From contig NGBS01000303.1 of the NCBI GenBank assembly GCA_002245135.1, positions 124,001 through 179,378 on the forward strand: a stretch of 55,378 bases of DNA, read 5' to 3'. The notes under the pieces were generated by a model. That model worked only from the letters and a program-made list of their open reading frames with translations, was not told where the DNA came from and made no database searches. A program made the translations under genes and the position numbers. The DNA comes from Proteromonas lacertae. Taxonomy: Eukaryota. This document shows, piece after piece, positions 41,034 to 53,016 of this stretch (the first letter of the stretch is position 1; each line of letters begins with the position of its first letter).

Positions 41034-43517
41034 ATGGCCTTTGAAGCATTAGGATTAACAAATGAGTTAGTACAAGCAGTGGAAGATTTAGAATGGAAGT
41101 ATAATATTTTTATCTTTTTAATCACATTTCCTTATGTTTCATTTGTTTATAGTCTTCCAACTGATGTTCAAGATGAAGCTATCCCATTGATATTAGGTGG
41201 TGGAGATGTTATGGTTGTATATTTATTTGAATTATGTAAAAATGCATAGGCTTCAGAAACAGGAAGTGGTAAAACAGGAGCGTTTGCTTTACCTGTATTA
41301 CAAATAGTATATGAGGTTGTGAAAGGTTTAATGGCACCTGCTGCTTCAAAAATATCATCATCCAATAAAATATACTTTCAACCCTCAAGATTCTCTAAGA
41401 GGCTTTAAAAATAGATTCAACAGGACTTGTATGTGATAGTGCAGCAGCAAAAGCATGGAATGGAAGTAGAGCAAATGCAGGAGTAAATAGTGGAAAGTTT
41501 TACTATGAAGTGAAGATAATAAATGGTTTATGTCGTGTAGGATGGTCAACTGAAAATGGAAATTTAAATTTAGGAACATGTCAACAAGGTTTTGGTTATG
41601 GTGGTACAGGTAAAAAGTCAAATAATATGAAGTTTGAAGATTATGGAGGATCATTTGGTGATAATGATGTAATTGGTTGTTATATAGATAAAGACAATGG
41701 AATTATTAGTTATACAAAGAATGGGAAAGATTTGGGTGTAGCTTATAAGTTTTCAATAAAAGTATTTCTCCATATAAATGATTATATTATGATATAAATA
41801 GAATGTATTATATCCAACAGTCTGTATTAAAGGTGGTTCATTATCTGCTAATTTTGGATCTTCACCATTTCAATATCCTCCAGTAGATAAATCATATATT
41901 GGATTAGAAGAAGGCAATTCATCACAAATATTGTTAAATGCTGTTAAAAGTATATTGTGTATAATGATAATATTATATAAATAGAAAATGAACCAAAAAC
42001 TGGTGATAAAAACACAAAAACAGTGAAACTAACAAGAGCAATAATTATCGAACCAACAAAAGACTTAGCAGAACAAACCTACAACAATTTAGTAAGTTTC
42101 GCAAAGTATTTAACCAATCCAAATATTGAAGTGGAATTATATGTTGGTGGAGAGAGAACTGTACATCCTTGTAATGCTGATATAGTAGTTGGAACTGCAT
42201 TCTTTATTCAATCAATGATTAAGAAAGGATTTATTAATGTGAGTAATGTTAAATTCCTTATTCTTGATGAAGCAGATCAGTATATATATATATATATATA
42301 TATATTATTTATTTAATTATTAATAATTAGAATGGCAGGTGATAGTAATGGTTTAGCAAGTATTAAGACAATATATTCATCATTACCAAAAGGTGAAACT
42401 GGTACAGCAAGATTACAAGTTTGTTTCTTCTCTGCAACATTACATTCACCTGAAATTACAAAGTTATCTTCAATGATCTGTACTAATCCAATTTGGGTTG
42501 ATTTGAAAGGACCAGATTCAATACCAGATACAGTTTATCATGTATTATACAAAGTAAATTCTGAAAATTTCAAGAATTGTTTTGACAAATCAAAGAAATA
42601 TATTACAGATGGTGTACATCAAAGAGATAGAGTTGGTGCTGATGTTCGTTCAAAAGAATCAATTTCTGAAGCTGTAAAAAGATCAAAATTAGATGTATTG
42701 GTGAATATAATAACAACGCTCAAAATAGAACAAGCAATTATATTCTGTAGAACAAATTTAGATTGTGATAATTTAGAGAAATATTTAATTCAAATTGGTG
42801 GAGGTAAAGGTGTAAAATTAGGAGATGTAAAGGGTGTAGAAAATCCATTCAGTTGTTGCGTTGTGGCTGGTTGGAGAAGTAATGAAGAAAGAAGAAAGAA
42901 TTTAGATGCATTTAGAAATGGTGAAATTAGATTGCTAATTTGTACAGATGTAGCAGCAAGAGGAATTGATATTCAAGTATATTATTATTATTATTATTAT
43001 ATATTTGTTATAGGGATTACCATATGTGATAAATATGACATTACCAGATGTAATTGAGAATTACATTCACAGAATTGGCAGAGTAGGTAGACAAGGTGTA
43101 ATGGGAGTGGCAATATCAGTAATATCAGAAGATAATGAAGAAAAAGTGTGGTATCATAGTAACTGTAAGAATAAAGGAATTAACTGTTTTAATACGAAAT
43201 TGACAGACCAAGGTGGATGTTGTATTTGGTTTAATGAAAAGTCTTTGAAAGAACAGATTGAAGTTAGAATTAAGCAAAAAATACCTGTTATGAGTGATGA
43301 TTTTAAATTACCTTCAGGTGTTGTAGTAGGTGGTCCAATGATTATAAAAGATCAATATGCAGAGTCTATTAAGATACATTTAGCAGCTATTGAGAGCAAT
43401 GCTCAAGAATTACAGAAATTAGAAATTTTAAGTCAAAATAGCTATTGGAATTTAATTATGCAGAATCATCCAGAACCACGTAATGAAGATATGTCTGCAA
43501 TAACAACCGATCATTAG
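41034..43517 (+). CDS. DDX1: DEAD-box RNA helicase DDX1 (with SPRY insertion)
   Basis: Motifs PTDVQDEAIPLILGGGDV, ETGSGKTGAF, SPRY GLCRVGWS...GFGYGGTGKKS, DEAD, SAT, CTDVAARGID, YIHRIGRVGR, GGCCIWFNE. Two 1-nt insertions at ~41368 and ~41409. Confidence 0.95.
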
Positions 43518-43563
43518 AAACATAAAATAAATACTTAATTTTTTGTAATTATTCACTATACTG

Positions 43564-44377
43564 TTATTGTTTTAATGGAATATTAAATATTTTATTTCCT
43601 ATTTTACAAATTATCTCTTCAATATTAAAATCATTTGATATATCCTCCCAATCCTCGTCAATTTCTTCCCAATCCAATTTTCCAGGACATGAAGCAACAG
43701 ACATATGAGGAATAGCAGGTTCATAATATACAGGTTGAGAATATAGTTTCATTACTTTATCTACACTGTTTATTAAATCACAGATTTCTTTTGCTCCTTT
43801 ACTGATATAGAATGATGCAAATGATCTACTATAATCTTCATTGTTAAATAGAGTGTATCCAGAAAAATTGAGATGAAAAGGTTTATTACTAGAGATATAG
43901 GAACGTATTGAATCAACAAAAGGTTCTATTTGATGTTTTCGAAGGACAAAACTTTTTGATAAGCTGATATGAAATGTACCATCAAATTCTAACTCATCAG
44001 ATAACAACTTCAGTGGTTTCTTTCCCTCATTATACTGACTTATTGATTCTACTACATGCTTGGCTTTGTTTAGAATATATTTATTGTCTCCTTTGACTAT
44101 TTGCATATAGAATATTTATTTTATACTAGGAATATATACTAAAGAAGGCCAATTACCATCAACATGCGCAAACCTTCTTTTCTTTCCATTTTCATCAACT
44201 ATTGGCTCATTTACATTATCTAATCATGTTATTTATGTTATATATACCTGGTTTAAATCCATCTGGCAATGGAAGTTTTATTTTTGCTTTAGTGCCTGTC
44301 TCATTTATTTTAATTCTTTTTGGGGTGTTTATTTCATCTTCATCACTCGAACTTCCATAGTTTTTCAACAAATCCAT
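43564..44377 (-). CDS. USB1: U6 snRNA 2H phosphodiesterase
   Basis: GKKRRFAHVDGNWPSLVYIP plus two HxS motifs (FHISLS, PHMSVA); two introns. Confidence 0.9.
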
Positions 44378-44551
44378 TTTTATCTAGGCTTGATTCCCTG
44401 GTTGTCAAGCCTAAACTTAGTTTTGTTTATTTATGCTATTCATTGTTTCAGCCAGGATTAATATTCAATTATATCTTTTAGTTAATGAAATAACGTCTAA
44501 ATAATAAAAATAAACCATAAAATTGAGATAATATTATGTATATAAAGTGTA

Positions 44552-47500
44552 TTATTTCTTAGTTTTCTTTACTCTACTCATTCTATATGAACTAATTTTT
44601 GTATTGTCCTTTTTGTCAGAATATAGTTTTCTTTTCGAAGGTGTAGGTGTAACTGTTTTCTTTGGTGAAGATTTCTTTGATTTTGGTGTTGATTTTACTT
44701 CTGTAATCTTTCTTTTCATTGGAACTATTACATCATCATCATCTTCTTCTTCATCATCCATTAATTCTCTTCCTTTTCTCTTAGAAGGTGTAAATGAAGT
44801 AATTTTCTTTTGTTTAACTGGTGATTGTTTTGGTTTGCTTATTCTGGGTGTAGGTTTTGTTTCTTCGTTTAAATCTTCATCATTATCTTCATTATCTTCT
44901 TCTTCTTCATTATCTGATAATTCTTCTATTTTTTGTCGTTTCAATCCTCTCTTTATCTTATAATCTTTTTTCTGTGTTTCTTTTTTGCCTTTTTCTTCAT
45001 TTTCTTTAACAGATTTTCTATTTGATGATTTCTTTGGTTTTGATTCTGCTATTTCTGCTTCCTCTTCTTCATTTTCTTCTTTATCATCATCTTCTTCTTT
45101 TGATTGTTGTGTTTTCTTCTGTTTAGACTGTCTCTTATTTACATCTCTTTTCTTTACACCTTCATTCTTTTTTTCTGCCTTTTTACTAGTGTTTTTCTTT
45201 GGTTTTGATTGTTCCATTGTTTCTTCATCATCACTTCCTTCATCTTCAGGATATAAACTTGGTAATTCATCATCATCATCTTCTTCTTCTTCTTCTTCTT
45301 CTACAACTTTATTATTTTTTTTACTCTTTTCATCTTCTTCAACTTTATCAAAATCTATCTTTCTAGGTTTAAATTGTTTAACAGAATTTGTTTTTCTTCC
45401 TTTTGTTGTTGAAGAAGATGATGTTGATAATAATTCTTTACTCTTTACAGAACTAACAGGAGTAGTTGATGTAGAATTAGATGCTTTATTCAATTCTTTA
45501 ATTGAACTATTTATTCTAGACTTATAAACTGATCCAGGAGTTGAAGATTTTCGAGGTGTTCTGAAACTATATATATATATATATAACAAATAAATTATGT
45601 ATACTTTTTCACTTCAATATCAACAACACAATCAATTTTATTATTTGTTCTAATAAACAAAGTATTTGGTAGATAAACTGGACCATCATATGGCCTTCCA
45701 GCATAATTAGCAGTCTTTTTATCAAACATCTTTATAGCCATCGAAGTGAATATTGCTAAGTATTTATTATCAGGATCTTTTTTATCTTTACAGTATAACA
45801 TTCTATCCAAGATCTTTGCAATAAAATCTTTATTATCTCCATTCTTATCCACTATTACATCTAGGCACATATGAATATAGTTCTGCTGTTCATCATAGTT
45901 AGATTGTTTAGGTTCTGCATCTAATTTTCTATAATTTGCAATCACATGTAACAAGTAAATAATGCAATATTCTACTAAATTCCTATATCTTTCTAAGTCA
46001 TTGTAACTATTTTGTATAATAATATTATCCTCTTTTATTTGAGATGCTTCACTATATGTTCTATCATATCGTATTCTTTGTTGTATAACAGATTCATTGA
46101 AATATTCATATGCTTTTGCCAGCAAACTTCTTATCTTCATTGGCAGCTAATGCGAAGATCACAAAGAATGGATAATGCAAATTGTATTTACTGATACTGT
46201 AACGAACTTTCTCAAGATATTTCCACTGGAAATCTTCATCTTCATGTTTAATGAAGAAACACAAATCTTGAAGTAAGTCAGTCTTAACTTCAATATATTC
46301 AGCAATTTGACTATTACAATATAAATAATAATAATAATATACAGTCTTCTGGCTGCTTTTATAGTTTGAAATATTGCTGTATATAATAACAAATTCTTCT
46401 CATTCTGAGATAATATATCTTGATTCTTCAACAGATTACCTTCATACCTCATCACTTTATATAGATAGGATAAAATATTCTCAAAATATATGGTGTAATC
46501 AACCAAATCACCTCCTTCATATCTCCATAAGAACATTCCATATACTTTAAGGATTAAACTTTTAATAATAACACTTCGTCTAATACTTCTACCTGGTTTT
46601 TCAGTTTCTTCATATTTTAACAGCTTTTCATTCATTGCTTTGATTATACTTTTACATCTATCTTTATCAGTAAAGTATTTGCATTGATATTTTATTAACA
46701 TTCTTAGACTTATTAAATGTGATTCTAAGTTTGGATTGTCATAACTTAATGCATTTACATCTAATAATTCTTTAACAAAGTTATCATCTTTAGTTAAAAA
46801 TGGTGGATGGAGTAATAGGATTGAGCTATATTTAATCAAACTCTTATCTTTATATTCAGTTGATTGTGTAAATTGCATTAAACGTTCTTTGTATTCTTTT
46901 ATATTGGATTTATCAATATCATTATTTGATTGAATAATATTCGATAATAACTTCAACTACATAAATAAAAATAATAAAATAATAATCTATACAACCATAT
47001 TTATTCTTTTACTGTCTTTACTATCCTCAACAAACTCAAATAATAATTCAATACAGGAAACAGGAAAGATGTTTGCATCCATACACGAAATATCATATAA
47101 AAATGATAATATAATATCATAATTCTTTTGTAGAATTTCTTCACTTGATAATATTTCATTAAATATGCATTCCTTTATAAATATAATAATTATATATACA
47201 ATTATCTCTTTATTAACAATAAACTGAGCAATTAATGTATAAACAATAACATAACATTCATTTCCCCACGTTTTATCTTTAAGTAATTCCATAAATGATC
47301 TATAGGCATCTTTATATGATATATCATTAGATAATAAATTATTCAACATCTCATTCAATTTCTTATTATTTGATTTTTCTAACTTTCTTATTTGTGTAAT
47401 AGTTAGATTGAATGATGATCTACATTTTGCTAGTGTCATTTCACTTAATCTAGTTTTTCTCTCATTCATAAAATCTATTAATAATTTTTTTGCTCTATAT

Positions 47501-49347
47501 ATTACATAATAATAAATATATAAAAGAAATATATACGAAATTTTTCTTTTAATCAGTTTCATAAACATATTTCTATTCTCTTCTTCCATTTCTATAAATG
47601 TTGCTATTAAAATCTTGGCTCTGACACTACTACTCTTATCTGGTGGTAATATATTCTCTTGAATCGATCTTAATAGTACATCTATCACATCATTACATAT
47701 ATACAACTTCACCATCTCATTCGGAATTACTAAAAACCTTTTTATTTTGTTATATTCTTTCTTTAATGATGATATTTGAAATGTATTATGTTGGATTATG
47801 GTTTTAGTAACTGTTCCTTTATATATATTACTTAATCCACTAATTGCCATTTTTTTCAATTCAATTTCTTTATCTATCATTCTTATACACATATTACTTA
47901 TTTCATTTTCAGTGAATAGGTTGGGATACATTACACACGTTGTACAAAGATTTTCAAATGCAATTTTTCTAACTGTAGGAGATGTATCATTTAATCTACC
48001 ATTACAACAACTCTTTACTTCATCTTTTAATTTATCATTATTATCTAATATTATCAATGTACATTGGGATGACATAATTATTCTAACTTCTTCGTTTAAA
48101 TCTGTATAAAATCTATTCAATTTGTTTTCTTGACTTGATTCTAATGTTGGACAAAGAGTAATTATTTTAGTGATGGTTATTAATTCATGTAAACGTTCTT
48201 TAGTTGAATTTGATACTAATTCTAATTGAGGTAATATTGATTTACCAAAATCTTCTGATATTTCAACCAATTTGAGAATAATATCTATTTCCTATTTCAA
48301 CAATAATAAATAAATATACAGTAATTAATTTCTCAGCTTCTTTAAAATGTTTTATTTGAGTTTCTTTATTACTTATATCATCTTTCTTTATGTTATTCTT
48401 TTTATTCATTACTAGTACGTCATTATCATCATCATCTTCTTCATCATCATCCTCTTCCATTTCCTTTTCTTCTTCTTCTTCCTCCTCCTCATCATCATCA
48501 TCTTTTTCTTCTTCTTCTTCTTCTTCTATTTCATTACCATCATCGTATAATTCCAATTCCATTTTACCATTATAAACACTTATTACTACATCTATTAATA
48601 TCTGTTTATGTTCCTTTATGATTCCCTCCATTATATTATTTATATACTTCAGCATCTCACTTTTACCTTGTAATTTGATTTGTTCATAATATCGAGAAAG
48701 AACAAAAATTAACAATTGATCATTCAACATATACAATTTACTGAATATATTCATCAACAAATTGCTAATCTTCCTTTTATCATTGTCTGATACTCTAGAT
48801 TGCATGAATGAATATAAATTTTCGATGTATGGCTTTATTATTGAATTTTCATAATCTGGTAATGTCTTTAATGCTATTACCTCTACTTGTGTGGTTGCTG
48901 TTGTTAGATACTCAATTAAGTCGTTGAATAGCTTCAAGTTCTTTTTATCGTTATCAAATACATTTAAATGTTGAATTATAAGAGATAAAACTTTCTCAAA
49001 ATCAATCATTTTGTTATTAAGACTCATAATCATAGCTAAGCATAATGTCAAATATCTATCTGCTTCCTATTCAATAATAAATAATATAATATTCATACCT
49101 TGCTATATGATTCTTTTGAACTAAGTAATACTATCTTTTCAACCAGATCATCCTCAACAAGCTTTTCTGGAGTGTGATAAATCCTTTCAACATATTTTAC
49201 TGCTTCTTTTAAAACATTAACCAACTCTTGCCCTTCAGCATACTCAAGGTCTTGTATATTAAACTCAATCTCTGTATTTTGTGAATCTGATACCTGGCTA
49301 CTATCCTCATTTTCTTCAATTTGGGCTGCAACTTTCTTTCTTGGCAT
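44552..49347 (-). CDS. PDS5: Sister-chromatid cohesion protein PDS5 (HEAT repeats, basic/acidic tail)
   Basis: Segments RLNDTSPTVRK, RMIDKEIELKKMAISGLSNIY, IPNEM, YLLHVIA, YLPNTLF and a K/E/S-rich tail with S/TP sites. One 1-nt insertion at ~46125. An E2F site upstream fits a cell-cycle gene. Confidence 0.75.
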
Positions 49348-49384
49348 GTTCTATGAGTATTTTCTTGCTAAGAACAAATATTAA

Positions 49385-49398
49385 TTTTCGCGCCAAAA
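49385..49398. promoter_or_regulatory. Palindromic overlapping E2F/DP site
   Basis: TTTTCGCGCCAAAA sits 37 nt upstream of the PDS5 ATG and contains the classic TTTCGCGCCAAA element. A TTTGAA (CHR-like) lies at 49406-49411. Confidence 0.7.
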
Positions 49399-49460
49399 TT
49401 CAGATTTTGAAACTAGTGATAATAAACACATATATATGATAAAATAAATATATAATCTAT

Positions 49461-49992
49461 TTAACTAACTAAATGACAGTTCAGAGATTTGATTTCTTCA
49501 ACATATCTATTATCATAAGTTTGAATATCAACTCCATTGTCTTTCAATAATCTATATCCTTCACATATCACAAAATTATCAGGTTCATTAACACCCATAT
49601 ACACTCTTTTTATTCCACTTTCCAATATTCTTTCACAACAACTCTTTTTACCTGATAATCTCTTACTACAAGGTTCCATCGTTGTAAATCTACACAAATA
49701 TTACATCATTCATATACAATATGCATTCTGACATATTAATATTTGACATTTTGAATAGTTTCGATAAAGCATTCTACAATTAAACACCTATTATACCTCT
49801 TCTGCATGAGTACCTGCTGCCATTTCTCTACTGTATCTATACAAATTATAATTTATAATTATACCCTGTGGCTAGAATATTGAACTTCATATCAGTAATT
49901 ACACATCCCACATTATATGCAGTCTGCACACTTTCACATTTTCTAGCTTCTTCAATTGATTTTATAATAGCAATGTTTATTCCTTCATTCAT
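49461..49992 (-). CDS. Stand-alone zinc-dependent CMP/dCMP-type deaminase resembling the fungal Rib2 / RibD deaminase domain
   Basis: Spliced product: AYNVGCVI...LATGYSREM...THAEE...[21 protein letters not shown]...GVNEPDNFV (HAE and PCx8C zinc ligands); three introns. Confidence 0.8.
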
Positions 49993-50040
49993 TATTGTTC
50001 ATTACTAAATTATATTCGTTTCAGAAATTGTGTTTTTTAA

Positions 50041-52028
50041 ATGAAGGAAGAAGGTGTAGTAATATCTGAGGATAGGTCATTGCTAAATGTAAGATAATAT
50101 ACGGTATATTGAATGATAGGATAATGATCGTCCATTGTCTGAAAGAAAGAAAACATCGTTTGGAAGAAAGATAATGAATTTTTTAACGATGATCTTCCCC
50201 TGCATAAAATGGATGTACAGGTATGATATGTTTTATCTTATTTTAGTTATACTTTCAATGATTTGCAGAAAGATGCACTAGCCGGAATTACCATTGCAGT
50301 AATTGTTCTTCCACAAGTATAAAAATGCTATATGATATTATTTTTAGGGTTTAGCTTATGCCAATTTAGCTAGTTTACCTCCAGTTTATGGCTTATATAC
50401 TTCATTATTCCCCCCTCTCATTTACATGTATATGGGTACATCTAATCAAATGCATATTGGACCTTTTGCGTTGAGTATAATTCAATTAATTTTTATTCTA
50501 ATCTGAGAATAGTCTCAATGATGGTAGTTAGTATTTGTTCTCCAGTAGTCAGTCCAGAAGATGCAGATGAATATGTAAAAGTCACTATGAATCTTAGTTT
50601 AGTATGTGGAGTAATATTAGTGATTTGGGGAATATTAAGGCTTGGAATAATCACTTCATTACTTTCTGATCCAATATTAAATGCATTTACTACAGCCAGT
50701 GCCTTCAATATAGCATCATCACAATTCAAATATTTATTTGGTTTGAGTAAATATATGACTAAGAGAGGACCATTTGCTTATCAATGTTATTATTTATTTA
50801 AATCAATACAACATACTAATTTCTATGCTTTAGCGATCAGTATGACTTCCTTAGTGTTTATTATAACAACTAAAAGATTGAATAAAAGATATTGTAAGAA
50901 AATTCCAATACCAGTAGAATTAATAGTTGTTATAATATTTACATCATTAAGTGCTGCTATTAATTTTGAGAAACATTTCAATATAGAAATATTAAGAGAA
51001 ATCCCTTCAGGTTTACCACCACTTAAACCACCTTCACTTAAATATACATCACAACTATTAGTGCCAGGTCTAACCTTATCATTAATCATCTATGCAGTTG
51101 GTATATCGATTGGTAAAACATTTGCTAGACAATTTGGATATAGAATTGATCCTAATCAAGAGTTAATCGCTGGTGGTTGTGCTAATTTAGTTGGTTGTTG
51201 TGTTAGTGCATATCCTGCAGCTGGATCATTGTCCAGAAGTGCAATTGCAGCTTCAATGGGAGCTTTAACACCATTACATAATATGTTTTCAGTTATAATT
51301 ATTGCATTATCATTGTTGTTCTTTACCTCATTATTATATTCATTACCTCAAGCTGTACTTGGTGCAATTGTAGTTGCTGCTTTTGAGAAATTGATATTAC
51401 AATTATTAGATACAAGAATATTATATAAACAAACCAGAATCGAGTTTTTTGAATATATTTTCTGTTTTATAATGACATGTGTATTTGACACTCAAATTGG
51501 TTTATATAGTGGATTAGGATTAAGTTTTGTAGCAATGATTGGTCAATTAATCTATGCTTCTGGAGCGAAGAATTTGTGGAATGAAACGAAGAATATTGTT
51601 AATATTGATATAGACTCAGAACAAGTGAGTGAATGTACAGTGATTAATATCAAATTCCATTCATGTCTGTATTATATCAATAAAGAAGTGATATTCAATA
51701 AAATTATCAAAACATTCCCTACATCACCTATGTTAATGAAATACGTGTTAGATTTTACTGATTGTAATTTAATTGACAACAGTGCAATGATTATGATTAC
51801 AGATTTGGTTAAAACAATAATAGAGAAGAATATGACTGTCACTGAGACTGGAGCTTCTGCATTTTTGAATCAACAATTTATTTTATATGGTACTACATTT
51901 TCACCTGTATATTTATTTAGCGTTTTTATATTTATATTGAATAGGCTGATAAAGAACCTGCACCTAGCTCAATATCTGAAGGTGATTTGGTAATGAATGA
52001 GAAGAGTTCAATTCTGATGATCCAATAA
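50041..52028 (+). CDS. SLC26/SulP anion transporter with STAS domain
   Basis: Motifs DALAGITIA...LPQGLAYA, PPVYGLY, IGPFA, NQELIA, GSLSRSA and a STAS-like VLDFTDCNLIDNSA; terminal intron 51907-51944. Confidence 0.92.
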
Positions 52029-52454
52029 GCATTATCTTATTGATTATGAATGTTTTACTTGTTTTATTTGGATTTTGAGTATGGTGACGTGTTACCGTTA
52101 CGCGTAGGACGGTAATAAATAACACTCTTGTTCTACTTTAAATATCAATTTTCATTATATTCTGTAATTTATTTATCACTATAAAACTCTTAACATGTTT
52201 ATGGAATATCACTGTTATTATGGTTGAAGAAATGATTTTATGAATCTATTTCTTTTGATATTACAACAATGAATTAACAGAAGGTATTTTTATGACATAA
52301 TTATCTCTTAAACAACTCAAATTTTTAAAAATAAAAAAATCTTTTCGGTTACACATTATTGATGAAACACATAACCGTTTCTTTGATTATCAAATCATTT
52401 ATAAATTACTTTACTAGCATTTTCGTTTTTGAAATACATAATTAGATTTAGACT

Positions 52455-52881
52455 ATGGCTGTATATTATTCAATTTATAGATATATAGGGTTGTGATGTT
52501 AGATGTGTTATCCACGTTTGTGGTATAATCCTTTCACTTTGTTACCTTCTTAATGCTATTCTCATCATTATTGATTGTCATTCCACTAATTGCATTATAT
52601 GGATGGTAATTGATATTATTCTCTTCATCGTTGTAGCAGGTTTAGAAGCGACAGAGTTATTGGCATGTGCCATCTGTCACTGCCTTGACTGTTGTTTACA
52701 ATACCTTAAACCAGCAATTTGGAGATTTGTATTTTATTTAGTCTTGAACTTTACTTGGGGTGGTATTGGAGCAGGTGGTTTTGGATGGATACCAGGAGTT
52801 TGTGCTATAATCATGTGTATTCTGTATGGATATCTTGCATTCTGTGAAGGAGGAAGTTTCCATGTAAATACCAAGACATAA
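52455..52881 (+). CDS. Small Cys-rich four-TM protein, possibly COPI-associated/TVP15-TVP18-like
   Basis: 6-nt first coding exon (ATG GCT), intron 52461-52488, four hydrophobic segments, and the pattern LE...LQYLKPAIWRFVFY. Confidence 0.55.
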
Positions 52882-53016
52882 ACTAGTATTATTCTTTTCT
52901 TTTGATATTAGAAAATGTTTTGTAGTTGGGGTTGTTAAATAAGTTAAATAGAAATAATTCATCTATATATCGCTTATAATCAAGATAAAAAATTCAAATT
53001 TTTTAAACGATCAAAA

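Noticed and set aside
33060..41411. Euplotes-style stop-codon-triggered +1/+2 ribosomal frameshifting (one site reads AAA-TAA at ~35907)
   Set aside because: An open +1 frame at the first stop is expected after any upstream insertion, so it is not evidence. In DDX1 the conserved sequence requires shifts upstream of the stop, at homopolymers.
41034..44377. DDX1 next to USB1 as a functional RNA cyclic-phosphate cluster
   Set aside because: Two adjacent housekeeping genes in a compact genome, with no evidence of co-regulation; probably chance.
44547..45527. Ser/Phe-rich plus-strand ORFs (also 48390-48575, 286-576, 2757-3026 and other short antisense ORFs)
   Set aside because: Antisense shadows of low-complexity Glu/Lys/Asn-rich coding sequence on the other strand.
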